From NCBI RefSeq assembly GCF_964188315.1, contig NC_135658.1:98580001-98644000 (forward strand): 64,000 nt of DNA, written 5' to 3'. The position numbers and the translations under genes were made by a program. Of this stretch, positions 1 through 10,489 are shown one piece after another; within the stretch, counting starts at the first letter, position 1; each line of letters begins with the position of its first letter. Origin of the DNA: Podarcis muralis. Lineage: Eukaryota. Below the pieces are notes generated by a model, which saw only the letters and a list, made by a program, of their open reading frames with translations, had not been told where the DNA came from and did no database searches.

Positions 1-308
1 ACTATCCATTCTTAAGGAAATCAGCCCTGAGTGCTCACTGGAAGGACAGATCATGAAGCTGAGACTCCAATACTTTGACCACCTCATGAGAAGAGAAGAC
101 TCCCTGGAAAAGACCCTGATGTTGGGAAAGATGGAGGGAACAAGGAGAAGGGGACGACAGAGGACGAGATGGTTGGATAGTGTTCTCGAAGCTACCAGCA
201 TGAGTTTGACCAAACTGTGGGAGGCAGTGGAAGACAGGAGTGCCTGACGTGCTCTGGTCCATGGGGTCACGAAGAGTCGGACACGACTAAGCGACTAAAC
301 AACAACAA
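1..308 (+). mobile_element. Bov-B (RTE clade) LINE, 3' end with (CAA)n tail, truncated by window start
   Basis: Encodes the Bov-B C-terminus (LRLQYFDHLMRREDSLEKTLMLGKMEGTRRRGRQRTRWLD), has the 3' stem-loop AGTCG-GACA-CGACT (275-288) and ends in CAACAACAA. Near-identical to the minus copy at 46530-46830. Confidence 0.95.
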
Positions 309-1676
309 TTGAATAGATCCTTCATTCATTTTTGCAGATTTGCTAGTGGAATGGTCAAACAAATGCTACTTGAAAGTGGGTTTCACTTGTGGTGATCTTT
401 CTAGAGTTTCTTCAGGCCTCAGATCTGAACTTGTCCTCAACAAAGGCATGTAAAGCTGATTGAGATTATTGTCAAATACCTTCAACTGCCACTTTCCTTA
501 TCAATACTTTGCCTATTGATGTCACTGTTACTGTGTTCTAGATGCAGATGTTCATGAGCTGGCGTGTTCATTTTTTTTTTTTTAAGAATGGCTGTCATGT
601 GTAAACAAAATGGCAGCATCCATTGAGGAGCAGGAAATGGACCATGTACCAATGTGCTTTTCTTCCAACTACACATGTTGATCTTGTCACATCCTACCTT
701 CTCAGCTTCATACATGGTCCGTTTAGCAGAGTGGCTGTAACTTTGGGCTGGTTGATTTCCATTTATTGTGTCAACTTATTGCTGTTCTTTCCTGGCTGGG
801 CTTTTAGTGGTGCTGAATAAAACAGAGCATCTACATTTGGGAGGGAAGTTTAGTGTCTTTTCCTTCCTGATTCCCTCTGTCCTCTTCCTGTTACCACCCC
901 CTCAGAGCCATCTGGATCACTAAGATTGGATATTGACTGCCATAACTGCAGAGGGTGAGGTTTGTCAGTCACAATGAGCTGGAAACATGTGGTACTAGAA
1001 AAAGATTGGGGACTCTGTGGCCCTACTGATAGGTAGTGGAATTTGGGGACAAGGGAGGATGATACTTTGCCACAGTACATGTGACTTCTCATGAACAAAC
1101 CAAAGCCCAACACTCTAAGTGCTACAATTCAGTGGTGGTCAAAGTGACTAGAAAGCAGAGGTGGGAAATTGGATTTGTTTGGCAAACTGGATCCTTATCT
1201 TTCCTACCCACCACGGGCCAATTTGAGAGGTGTGTGGGGCTGCCTGTGTGCCAGTCACCTGACACCACAATGGCATCAGGTGACCTGTTTTGGCTGTGCA
1301 GTTTGAAACCAAACTGTGAGGGCAAGGGCACTGTGTTTTGTGTGCCACAACAATCAGGTGGCAGTTGAAACGTGCAAAGTGGGTCACGCAACACCATACA
1401 ATCTCTGGTGATCAGCTTGTGGTTGACTCTTGAAAAGCACAGTGCACAGAGCTTTGCGGATGCTGCCAGTCAGTTTGTCCACCATCCTCAGAAGTGCAGC
1501 AGGTGTCAGTGCAGAAGAAGACATTCTTTCTGGCTGTCCCCAAACTGTGAAATTCAGAGATGCACCTAGCATCTTCATTATGTAACCTGAGATAGACCAA
1601 TAGATCGATCAATATATAGTCCCATCCTATATCCTTGATTGTAATTTGTTTTAACTAGGACTTTGTGCTGAAGGGT

Positions 1677-2036
1677 GGGACGCGGGTGGCACTGTGGGTA
1701 AAAGCCTCAGCGCCTAGGGCTTGCCGATCAAAAGGTCGGCGGTTCGAATCCCCGCGGCGGGGTGCGCTCCCGTTGCTCAGTCCCAGCGCCTGCCAACCTA
1801 GCAGTTCGAAAGCACTCCCGGGTGCAAGTAGATAAATAGGGACCGCTTACTAGCGGGAAGGTAAACGGCGTTTCCGTGTGCGGCTCTGGCTCGCCAGAGC
1901 AGCGATGTCACGCTGGCCACGTGACCCGGAAGTGTCTCCGGATAGCGCTGGCCCCCGGCCTCTTGAGTGAGATGGGCGCACAACCCTAGAGTCTGTCAAG
2001 ACTGGCCCGTACGGGCAGGGGTACCTTTACCTTTAC
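1677..2036 (+). mobile_element. Sauria-type SINE, full length (subfamily with GCCC-GTAC-GGGC 3' hairpin)
   Basis: tRNA-like head GGGACGCGGGTGGC with B box GGTTCGAATCC, Bov-B-like stem-loop, (ACCTTT)n tail, 16-bp TSD CTTTGTGCTGAAGGGT (1661-1676 / 2037-2052). Confidence 0.96.
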
Positions 2037-2099
2037 CTTTGTGCTGAAGGGTAGGTAAGAAATCTTAATCAGAATAAATTAAATAAACAAAAATAGGAA

Positions 2100-2460
2100 G
2101 GAAATGCAAGCCAACATATAGAAGGAAAGGGAGAGTGGTTTTTCAGAGACACATACTTCAGCTTGGTTTCAGACTTAATTGTAGCTGAGCACAGGGACTT
2201 GTGGGGTTGCGCCAAAGGCCTTGGGGGAAATGTGGGTCTTGAGGAGGGATTTGAAAGAAGAGAAGTGGGACAGTGAGTGAGAAAGGGTGATATCTTTTGA
2301 GGAAGCAGGAAACTGTTGGGTGGCTGATGTTGGTGGAGTTGAACTAGAGAAGTGTGAAAATGAAGAGAAAATGAAGGCAAGGGATGGAGAACTTTGAAGA
2401 CCCAGACGAGGATCATGGGCACAATCTGGGAGCAGAGGGTTAGGTTAATGATGACAGTGA
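2100..2460 (-). mobile_element. Old L2-like LINE fragment
   Basis: Purine-rich text typical of the antisense L2 3' region (GGGTCTTGAGGAGGGATTTGAAAG). Highly degenerate. Confidence 0.45.
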
Positions 2461-2466
2461 TAAGAC

Positions 2467-2510
<44 letters not shown>
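2467..2510. repeat. (AAT)n microsatellite
   Basis: Perfect trinucleotide run. Confidence 0.99.
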
Positions 2511-2512
<2 letters not shown>

Positions 2513-3297
2513 GAGAAATCTTTAGCGGATATTGCCTCATCAGGTCAACTTTAAAAGCAAAAAAAATTATTTTTGAATCACAACACGTGACAATAACTAT
2601 CAAAAATAGATAACAAAAAATGCAGATTCAGACACTTGCAGAAAATGCAAAGGTTAATTGAGAAAAAAATAGAAAATGAAACAGCTGGCTGTCCTGTCTT
2701 GTGCCACCAACACACAATATCTTTCCAGACACAATCAGGTAGCAAGCATCATTCTTCACAGCGCTTGAGTATCCAGTACCAATTAATCAGTTCAGAGCTA
2801 TCCCTTATTACAAATAAGGCCCCAGCCCAGTTCTTGAAATTAATGGTTCCATCTTGTACTGGGACAAACTTATTATAATAGATAAAGTAGATAGAATGAA
2901 TTAGAACAGATAAAACAGCAGACAAGACATATTTCTGGTGAAGGAGAAAGCTAAAGCAGCTAGTATAATAGATGATGCAGATTGTAATAGTTCTCATATA
3001 TATTACATGGGGGTATACATGAGAAACAAACAAACAAATGGCAAATTCTAACACTTGGAAATAAGGCAAGTCTGGAAACCTAAGATGATCTATAGGATAA
3101 TCTGGTTTACAGATAATGCTAAGTCATGCTATGTCACTAAACCATGACTTAACATCTTAACTAAGATTTGTTTTTGTTTTTGCCAACAGATCATGATCTG
3201 AAGCCATGGTTAATTGTTGGCCCCTGATACAGCTTGTTCATGTAGCAAACACAGTATTAAATCTAAATACAGCTAATGACTATGATTCTATTAGCTG

Positions 3298-3373
3298 AGA
3301 TTCCTGTATTGCAGAGCATTGGACTAGATGACTCTTGTGTCCCTTCGGACTCTACGATTCTATGATTCTATGA
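3298..3373 (+). mobile_element. CR1-type 3' tail fragment
   Basis: GGACTAGATGAC...GTCCCTT..ACTCTA followed by (TTCTATGA)n octamer tail. Confidence 0.8.
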
Positions 3374-3783
3374 CTCCCTAGGTTTTCCTTGTTCATTCAT
3401 ATCCCTCTGTTTTCTGTGCCACTCATCACCATTCTGTTGTTGGACCCCATTAATCAGACAATTTAGATTTAAGTTGGTTTGAACTCAAATGGCTCAAATC
3501 CATGAACTATGGGCTGGATTAATTGCGTGGTGAGTTAGTTTTCACAAGGTAGTGAGTGCCTTCCAGGTGTTGTTGGGTTCCAACACCCAGGACCCCAACC
3601 CCCCTTGCCAATCCTCAGGGTGACAGGAATTGGAACCCAACAACATCTGGTGTTATGAATCCAAAAGATCCAACTGTGATGTCATTGGCAATATCATTAA
3701 ACAAGACTAAAGGTTCAAAGTCACTAATTGGGCTCTTAGAACACATGACTCATCAAGTCAATACAGCCCACCAGCCAATAAAT

Positions 3784-3920
3784 CAGAGGTGGAGAACCTG
3801 TGTCCTTCAGGTGTTGTTGGACTCCAACTGCCATCAGACCCAGCCACCATTGCCAATGGCCAGGGATGATGGGAATTGTAGTCCAACAACATCTGGAGGG
3901 CCACAAGTTCCCTACCTCTT
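3784..3920. mobile_element. Short palindromic hAT-like MITE
   Basis: Imperfect TIRs CAGAGGTGGAGAACCTGTG / CACAAGTTCCCTACCTCT and internal inverted repeat TGTTGTTGGACT...AGTCCAACAACA. Relatives at 11489, 13365, 14926 and 53813. Confidence 0.75.
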
Positions 3921-5289
3921 GCTGCTCTATACATTTGTTTTTGATGCCTACTTGGGATTGCAACTACTTGCCAAGCACTAAGCAGGTCACAGTCCATGTC
4001 TAGTAAGTTGCATTCATTAGCTGAGCAGGTCTCACAAGTCATGCTTCACCTGTTTCTTCTTAACATTTCCTTCATTGTGCTGCACTAACTGCAAGCATTT
4101 CAGCCTTGACAGCTACTTTAATGCTCAACAACAATGGAATATTTCATTTCTGTACGTTTACTTATCTGGTTAAAATTCTTATTTGCTTGTAAAATACTAG
4201 AAAAGTCTTTTAATCATTGGCTGTCAAAATGTCACAATGGATTTTTACATCAAAAACAGGTAGTCAAGCTGATTTTTTTTTTAAGGAAGGCAAGGTGTGT
4301 TTTCAGACTGATGACTCAAGCAACAAAATGTATACTCTGTTCCTGAGAAAACAAGAGTAATTGGTAATATTTAAGTAGACCTTGATTGTTCTCTATGGGT
4401 CCAGTGTGCAATTTACAGAGGGAGTAAGGCTAAGCAAAAAAGACAAAAGCTATTTCAAGACCTGAGAGGAAGGTAGACTTGAAGGAGGAGTTGTTTAGGA
4501 TCATGTCCTGAAGGAAACCCATCAAAAAAGATGAAAGGGTGTCTGAGACAGTTGGTGCCATAGGTGCTGGGGAAAGACAGAGATGAAAGATCTGCGTGGA
4601 GATTGTGTAGGAGAATGGAAAAAAGATACAGAAATCGTGTTTCTTTTTCCTCATTAAAATACCCCTCCCCCCAACTAAAACCTTACTTTCAGACAAACTA
4701 ACTATGTGACTTATTGGTTGGGATTTTTTTGCCTAGATGGTAGTGTGAAATGTTGGGTACAACTGGAAAACAGCCATATCCTATACACCCCACTAAATAT
4801 TTTAATTCTTTTTTATTGCTTGAGCAACTCCTTGAAAAGAGATGATGGCAAATCCCTTCATTTTGTGCATGTTAAAAGTGTTGGCGTTGCACACACGCAA
4901 ACTCACCTCTAGTGCTGCTATGTTTTCATGGGACTTTTATGGTAAATATATGCAAGTACACTGAAAAGGGACTTTTACAGACAAGAAAGGCCCTTCACAG
5001 AAGCAGAAGTGAGAAAGAGATTGGGCAATTTACCACTCTCTTTCATTTTATTGCAGCGGATATTTCGCCATAGGGCGGATATTTTGCCATAGGGCAAGCC
5101 CTTCAGCCATTTACAATATTGGAGTCCATCATAATGGCTGCCAAGAACAGAATGAAAGATCTGGTCTCCCAAATCAGTCAAACCAATGCTGGTCCATGAA
5201 AATGGAGGAACAAAGTAGGTGTCCAACAGGTCTGGGAGAGGGATTGGGGTCAGGTGTTGGAAGGATCAGGACTGGGAAGCAGTGTGGTG

Positions 5290-5720
5290 GTCCAACTCAC
5301 TACTGGTTTCAGCATCAAATCAACTTAAGGAATGTAGGCTCAAACTCATTTACAGATGGCACACCACTTGAAAGATTATGTCTAAAACAGATCCTGATTT
5401 GTCGCCTCATTGCTGGAAAAGTTCCTTATTGCCTGGTACATACTATCACATGTGGTGGTCCTGTTCATGGGCTCAGGCTTTTTGGAATGTTACTTTTGAT
5501 GAAATTCAGAAAAATCAGAAACCAACCGCTGGACAGGACCCCACAATTAGCCATGATGAATCTTTTCATGAACCAAAACAAGGGCCCTGATGGTGATAAT
5601 AAATGCATAGCATATTATCTGCTTATGGCTGCACATCTCACATTTGCTAAGCACTGGGAAAACCTGCAAGGTTTTGATTCCCTGTTGGTATCAGAAGGTG
5701 TGGTACATAGCACACACAGA
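5290..5720 (+). mobile_element. L1-clade LINE ORF2 C-terminal fragment (degenerate)
   Basis: Translation KLIYRWHTT*KIMSKTDPDLSPHCWKSSLLPGTYYHMWWSCSWAQAFW matches the L1 C-terminal C-x2-C-x8-H-x4-C region with one Cys lost. Confidence 0.85.
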
Positions 5721-6568
5721 GAAACTCCTACTTAAAATGAGGGTTATTAAAGATTTTTCCGAGACTGATAAATTTATTAAAACCTGCTTTGTTTTTACAT
5801 CTTATGCATACATAAAGGAGAATAATATCATTCCTCCATCTCTGATCTCCGTCTGCCTCTATCTGGAATTCATAAAGCATTTTCCTATCTCTTTTGCCTT
5901 CTTTATATTGTTTATACATTGTCATTACAATCTTAGGAAGAACAAAGCCTTGAATCCACTACTACAATCTTTGTTTCTATACTTGAATCCATACTCGTAT
6001 TATTTACTATTTTTTGCTGCTCTTGCTGCTGTCTTTGGATCACTGTTCAGTTTTTTTTGGGGGGGGGGGGTGAGAGTTTTGTGTTTTTGTTGATGTTTCC
6101 TTTTGTCTGTAACAGGTCATTAAAAAAACAACTATGAAAACACTCCCCTCAACACACAAACTTTCTGGATGTTCCATGATCCACATTGCTAGGTTCCTCA
6201 AATTGTATTTTCTCCTAGTATACAAGAAACACCATTGAAATAATTCTCTTCACCCTTTATTATTATTTTTTATAGGCCACCCATGCCCAGGGGCCTCTGA
6301 ACATGTAACAAAATATAAGTCTAAAATATAGCTCATGCTATTTTTTTTAAAAAAAAGCAGCATGCCCCAATTAATTCTCCATTTAATTAATTTTATTTTA
6401 CATAGCTTTGAATCTAGTTTCATGATTTTATGTAGGACAGGTTGTTCCTGAAGAAAATAAAAATGGCATTCTACCAATGAAGAAGCACTTATTTCTGAAC
6501 TTACTTGTTCTGCAGTAGGAAGATAGCATCCCACCTAGAGGTTTTTCCTATGCAATCCCATTGGAATA

Positions 6569-6809
6569 CAGTGGTACCTCTAGTTATGAACTTAATTCGT
6601 TTCGGAGTTCCATTCTTAACCTGAAACTGTTCTTAATCTGAGGTGTGCTTTTGCTAATGGGGCCTCTTGCTGCCGCTGCGCCACCGACACACGATTTCCG
6701 TTCTCATCCTGGGGCAAAGTTCTCAACTCGAGGTAACTCTTCCAGGTTAGCGGAGTTTGTAACCTGAAGCGTTTGTAACCTGAGGCGTTTGTAACTCGAG
6801 GTACCACTG
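6569..6809 (+). mobile_element. Tc1/mariner (Tigger-like) MITE, family A
   Basis: TIRs CAGTGGTACCTC / GAGGTACCACTG, TA on both sides, internal ~15-bp repeats GTAACCTGAAGCGTT. Confidence 0.93.
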
Positions 6810-6959
6810 TAAAAGGGACCTGCCAAAGAAAAATAGCACATTCCCATTTATTTCATTCAGGGTTGTGGAAGAAGATATCCCGGTGGATTGTGCTTAAATT
6901 GACTGCTTAATTGAGATTTACAGTATTTCCTATCCCAATGGTTTGAGCAATAGATGCAA

Positions 6960-7260
6960 ATTCCCTGCTCTGCCTGGCGCCACTATTGGTGGGCAGGGCA
7001 ATGGCACTCGCCTGACTGTCAGGAGCTCATCCTACTCTCGAGTAGGACCCTGGCAGAGACACATGCCCGTCTGGCATGTTCCCTCCCTCCTGGTCGATCA
7101 TTCGGGAGCTTCAAAAGCTTTCTTCTGCCCAAACATCACAGCGACCGATGCCAACAGACATCGGCACACTTAGGGATCCGCAGAGTCTTCGCAGCTTGTG
7201 TAACAGACCTCAGCAACTCAGCATTTTGGCTAATCTACTTTATTTACATATAAACACAGG
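6960..7260. promoter_or_regulatory. CpG-retaining unique segment, putative promoter/enhancer
   Basis: About 11 CpGs in ~230 bp against a depleted background, ATTGG (CCAAT) near 6985, paired CATG-core p53-like half sites 7059-7081, TATA/forkhead-like TTTATTTACATATAAA near 7240. No repeat similarity recognised. Confidence 0.4.
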
Positions 7261-7602
7261 CGGAGCACTGCAACATGGCTCCCTCTCTCTCTAGCATCAG
7301 ACAGCAAAGAGAAAAAACAAAGGACAATAGTCCCACTTCACGGAACACAGTAACACAAACATCCTGTCTCCGCCACTTCCCACTCTGTGGAGTTAAAACA
7401 TACACTGGCATGTGATAGACAACAATCCCATGACTGCAATCAAGGAACAGGAATTCTAACACTGACACACACACACCAATTGCCCGTGCTGCTGCTGCTT
7501 ACTGAAGCAGAGGGGGTGGCGGGTTAAAGTTGGCGTTTCATTATCATTTAATTCCTTTACACTCACATATGTGTTTGTGTCTGCCAACATCTGAAACTTA
7601 AT

Positions 7603-7687
7603 GCATCTGATGAAATGGAGTCTACTCCATGAAAATGTATTCGTCTTTAAGATGTCACAAGACTCTTCGTTGGTTTTGCCGCAACAG
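7603..7687 (+). mobile_element. Penelope-like element terminal-repeat relic with decayed hammerhead ribozyme motif
   Basis: GCAT-CTGATGA-A-ATGGAG(TCTA)CTCCAT-GAAA followed by GTCTTTAAGATGTCACAAGACTCTTCGTTGGTTTTGC, resembling the reptile Penelope-type repeat as I recall it. Confidence 0.65.
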
Positions 7688-7724
7688 TTGAACACTGCTT
7701 AACTGCAATGCTATCTGGACAGTG

Positions 7725-8210
7725 ATAATCTATGCTTCAGTAATCTATGCTCTGGCAATTTCAAAACTGGATTACTGCAATGCACTTTATGTGGGGTTGC
7801 CTTTGAAGATGGTTTAGAAACTGTAGCTAGTACAGAATGCAGCTGTGCAGTTGGTGATAGGCTTGAGACAGCTTGATCACACAACACCAAACGTTTCACA
7901 GCTGCACTGGTCCCAATCCAATTCAAAGTGCTGGTTTTGACTGATAGTTTAGAACTGTAACATCCTGAACCGTTCAGGACCCTAATGTCTTTGGGAACAT
8001 CTCTTTCGATATGAATCTACTCAGGACCTTTGGCCTTAACTGAGGCTCCTCTCTGAGGGTGGCCTGGTGGGTGGGGAAAGGGGGCCTTTTCAAGTGTGGC
8101 TCCCCACTTGGAGAACTCTCTTCTCAGTGTGGTCCACCTGGCACCATTATTAACATCTCTTCGGCACCAAGTAAAAACCTACCTCTACTCCCAGGCTTTT
8201 GATGGATGGC
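7725..8210 (+). mobile_element. L2 LINE 3' fragment (degenerate)
   Basis: Translation LAISKLDYCNALYVGLPLK...LVQNAAVQLV is the L2 post-RT motif, followed by typical L2 3' sequence. Confidence 0.85.
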
Positions 8211-8723
8211 GTTCTGTTGTTATTGATTAAATGTTTCCCACAGAGGGAATTTTCTGCTGTTTTGTAATAGTTGAATTGTAATGCATTATTGTTTGGTTTC
8301 ATGCTGTGACTTCGCCTTTCAATTTTCTGTAAGCCGGGGACTCTGCTTCTTTTGCGTTAAGCAACTAACAAATTGCATATATAAAATAAGTATAGCCGCA
8401 GAAGTAGAAACTGGAAACGGGACTGAAAATTACCTCTGTCTAGAGGATCCAAAAATGAGGGCCCCAGTTTATAAATAAGTGCCATTAAAACTGCTCCTGT
8501 TTCAAGATTATTTCGGATGCTGCTTGTTGTAGTTTGTAGGTCAGATGCATCACAATGGAAAGCTACTGCTTCATGCCTTGTTCTCCTTTTCAGCTTTGGC
8601 TTAGTCTAGGCACTGACTGGATATCAAGTCCAGTTTGGAACACCAGACTTGCCTGCCCTGGGTAGGGGGTGGTTTTCTTTTACATAGAATCATAAACTGT
8701 AGAGTTGGAAGGGACCAAGGGGG

Positions 8724-9341
8724 CATAGCTGTCAACTTACAGTTTTGAAAATAAGGGACCAGCAGCCTTGAAAATAAGGGACCAGCAGCCAAAATAAGGG
8801 ACCTGCAGCCTCACCTGTTCCAGGCACTCCAGTCTTCCTGTCCTCCTGCAGTCTGGTCAAACTCATGCTGGTAGCTTCAAGAACACTGTCCAACCAACTT
8901 TGTAACCAGAGGTTCAACTGAATAGAATCTGAATCACATGCACCACAAAGCCTATGCAGCCTGAACTTAAGATGGCTCCCCGGCCTGGCTTTGCACTGCA
9001 AAGTTTGCAGCAGCAGGTGCAACAAAATGGCGTCCAGCATTCAAAAACCTCCTCAGCTTGCATTAACTAGCCACACACAAGGCATGCAAGCTCCACCCCC
9101 CAGTTGTTCTTAGACTTCTTATTGGGTGAGCAACACAGCCAAGCAACACAGTTGGAGCCTCCCTCCTCCCTGGCCGGCAGGGAGGGAGGGAGGGAGGGAG
9201 GGAGAGGAGCTGCTTCCTTTGAAATTTAAGGGACATCATTTAAGGGACATTTAAGGGACATCCATCAATAAGGGACAGCAGCGGGACATGGTGCTGGAAT
9301 AAGGGACTGTCCCTTCAAATAAGGGACACTTGACAGCTATG
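8724..9341. mobile_element. Non-autonomous hAT DNA transposon (TIR CATAGCTGTCAA)
   Basis: TIRs CATAGCTGTCAAC / TTGACAGCTATG, 8-bp TSD CAAGGGGG / CAAGAGGG, multiple subterminal TAAGGGAC motifs at both ends. Confidence 0.9.
8820..8898 (-). mobile_element. Internal Bov-B fragment lacking tail, inside the hAT element
   Basis: CCAGGCACT...TCAAACTCATGCTGGTAGCTTCAAGAACAC..TCCAACCA matches the Bov-B copy at about 46605-46680. Confidence 0.85.
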
Positions 9342-9353
9342 CAAGAGGGTCAT

Positions 9354-9700
9354 ATAATAATATTATTATTATAATTTATTATTTCTACCCCACCCATCTG
9401 ACTGGGTTTCCCCAGCCACCCTGGGCAGCTCCCAACAGAATATTAAAAACAGAATAAAACTTCAAACATGAAAAACTTCCCTAAACAGGGCTGCCTTCAG
9501 ATGTCTTCTAAAAGTCAGGGAGTTGTTTATCTCCTTGACATCTGATGGGAGGCCATTCCATTGGGCGGGCGCCACTACCGAGAAGGCCCTCTGTCTGGTT
9601 CCCTGTAACCTCACTTCTTGCAGTCAGGAAACCGCCAGAAGGCCCTCGGAGCTGGACCTCAGTGTCTGGGCTGAACGTTGGGGGTGGAGACACTCCTTCA
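9354..9700 (-). mobile_element. L2 LINE 3' end with (TAA)n-type tail
   Basis: Typical lizard L2 3' sequence (CCCAGAGTGGCTGGGG-like terminus on minus), AT-triplet tail, flanked by a GGTCAT duplication (9348-9353 / 9701-9706). Confidence 0.85.
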
Positions 9701-10127
9701 GGTCATCTAGTCCAACCGCCTGCAATGTAGGAACCTTTTACCCAACATGAGTCTTGAACCCACAACCCTGAGATTAAGAGCCTCGTGCTCTACCAACTGA
9801 GCTATCCCAGCTTGTTCATGTGTAAAGGTCTATGGGGCCTGGGCCAAAGATTATTAAGAGACCCACACATATAGCATCACTCTGCATAATAAAAATTGGT
9901 CAGCTGTTTAGGGCACAATTCTCCTGATATACACACTTCACACGAACCTTTGCTTCATATAAACATTTTTGCAAGCAATGTCCTCTAATATAATGTATTT
10001 CTGTATGCTGTTTTTATTAATATATGCATTTATGTTGGGGGGGCTGCATGACAAAATTCAGAAGCGTGGGGCTCCATTTTGGCCCATAGCACCGCCCCTC
10101 CCCTGTATGCATGCAAGATGGATTGTA

Positions 10128-10489
10128 AGGTAAAGGTAAAGGTACCCCTGCCCGTACGGGCCAGTCTTGCCAGACTCTAGGGTTGTGCGCCCATCTCACT
10201 CAAGAGGCCGGGGGCCAGCGCTGTCCGGAGACACTTCCGGGTCACGTGGCCAGCGTGACATCACTGCTCTGGCGAGCCAGAGCCACACACGGAAACACCG
10301 TTTACCTTCCCGCTAGTAAGCGGTCCCTATTTATCTACTTGCACTTTGACGTGCTTTCGAACTGCTAGGTTGGCAGGCACTGGGACCAAGCAACGGGAGC
10401 ACACCCCGCCGCGGGGATTCGAACCGCCGACCTTTCGATCGGCAAGTCCTAGGCGCTGAGGCTTTTACCCACAGCGCCACCCTCATCCC
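10128..10489 (-). mobile_element. Sauria-type SINE, full length
   Basis: Reverse-complement match to 1677-2036. 13-bp TSD AAGATGGATTGTA (10115-10127 / 10491-10503). Confidence 0.96.

Larger units (their letters stand above)
8684..9810 (-). mobile_element. tRNA-Lys-derived SINE with CR1-type tail, split into three pieces (8684-8723, 9342-9353, 9701-9810)
   Basis: Head (reverse) GATAGCTCAGTTGGTAGAGCACGAGGCTCTTAATCTCAGGGTTGTGGGTTCAAG. The pieces rejoin into a copy collinear with the intact one at 17972-18112. Confidence 0.85.

Noticed and set aside
5196-5735. 179-aa ORF
   Set aside because: An off-frame read-through over a decayed L1 ORF2 fragment. The L1 motifs lie in another frame.
7274-7415. 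Plus-strand MAPSLSSIRQQREK... frame after a TATA-like motif
   Set aside because: Short, unrecognised and without a convincing donor. Treated only as part of the putative regulatory segment.
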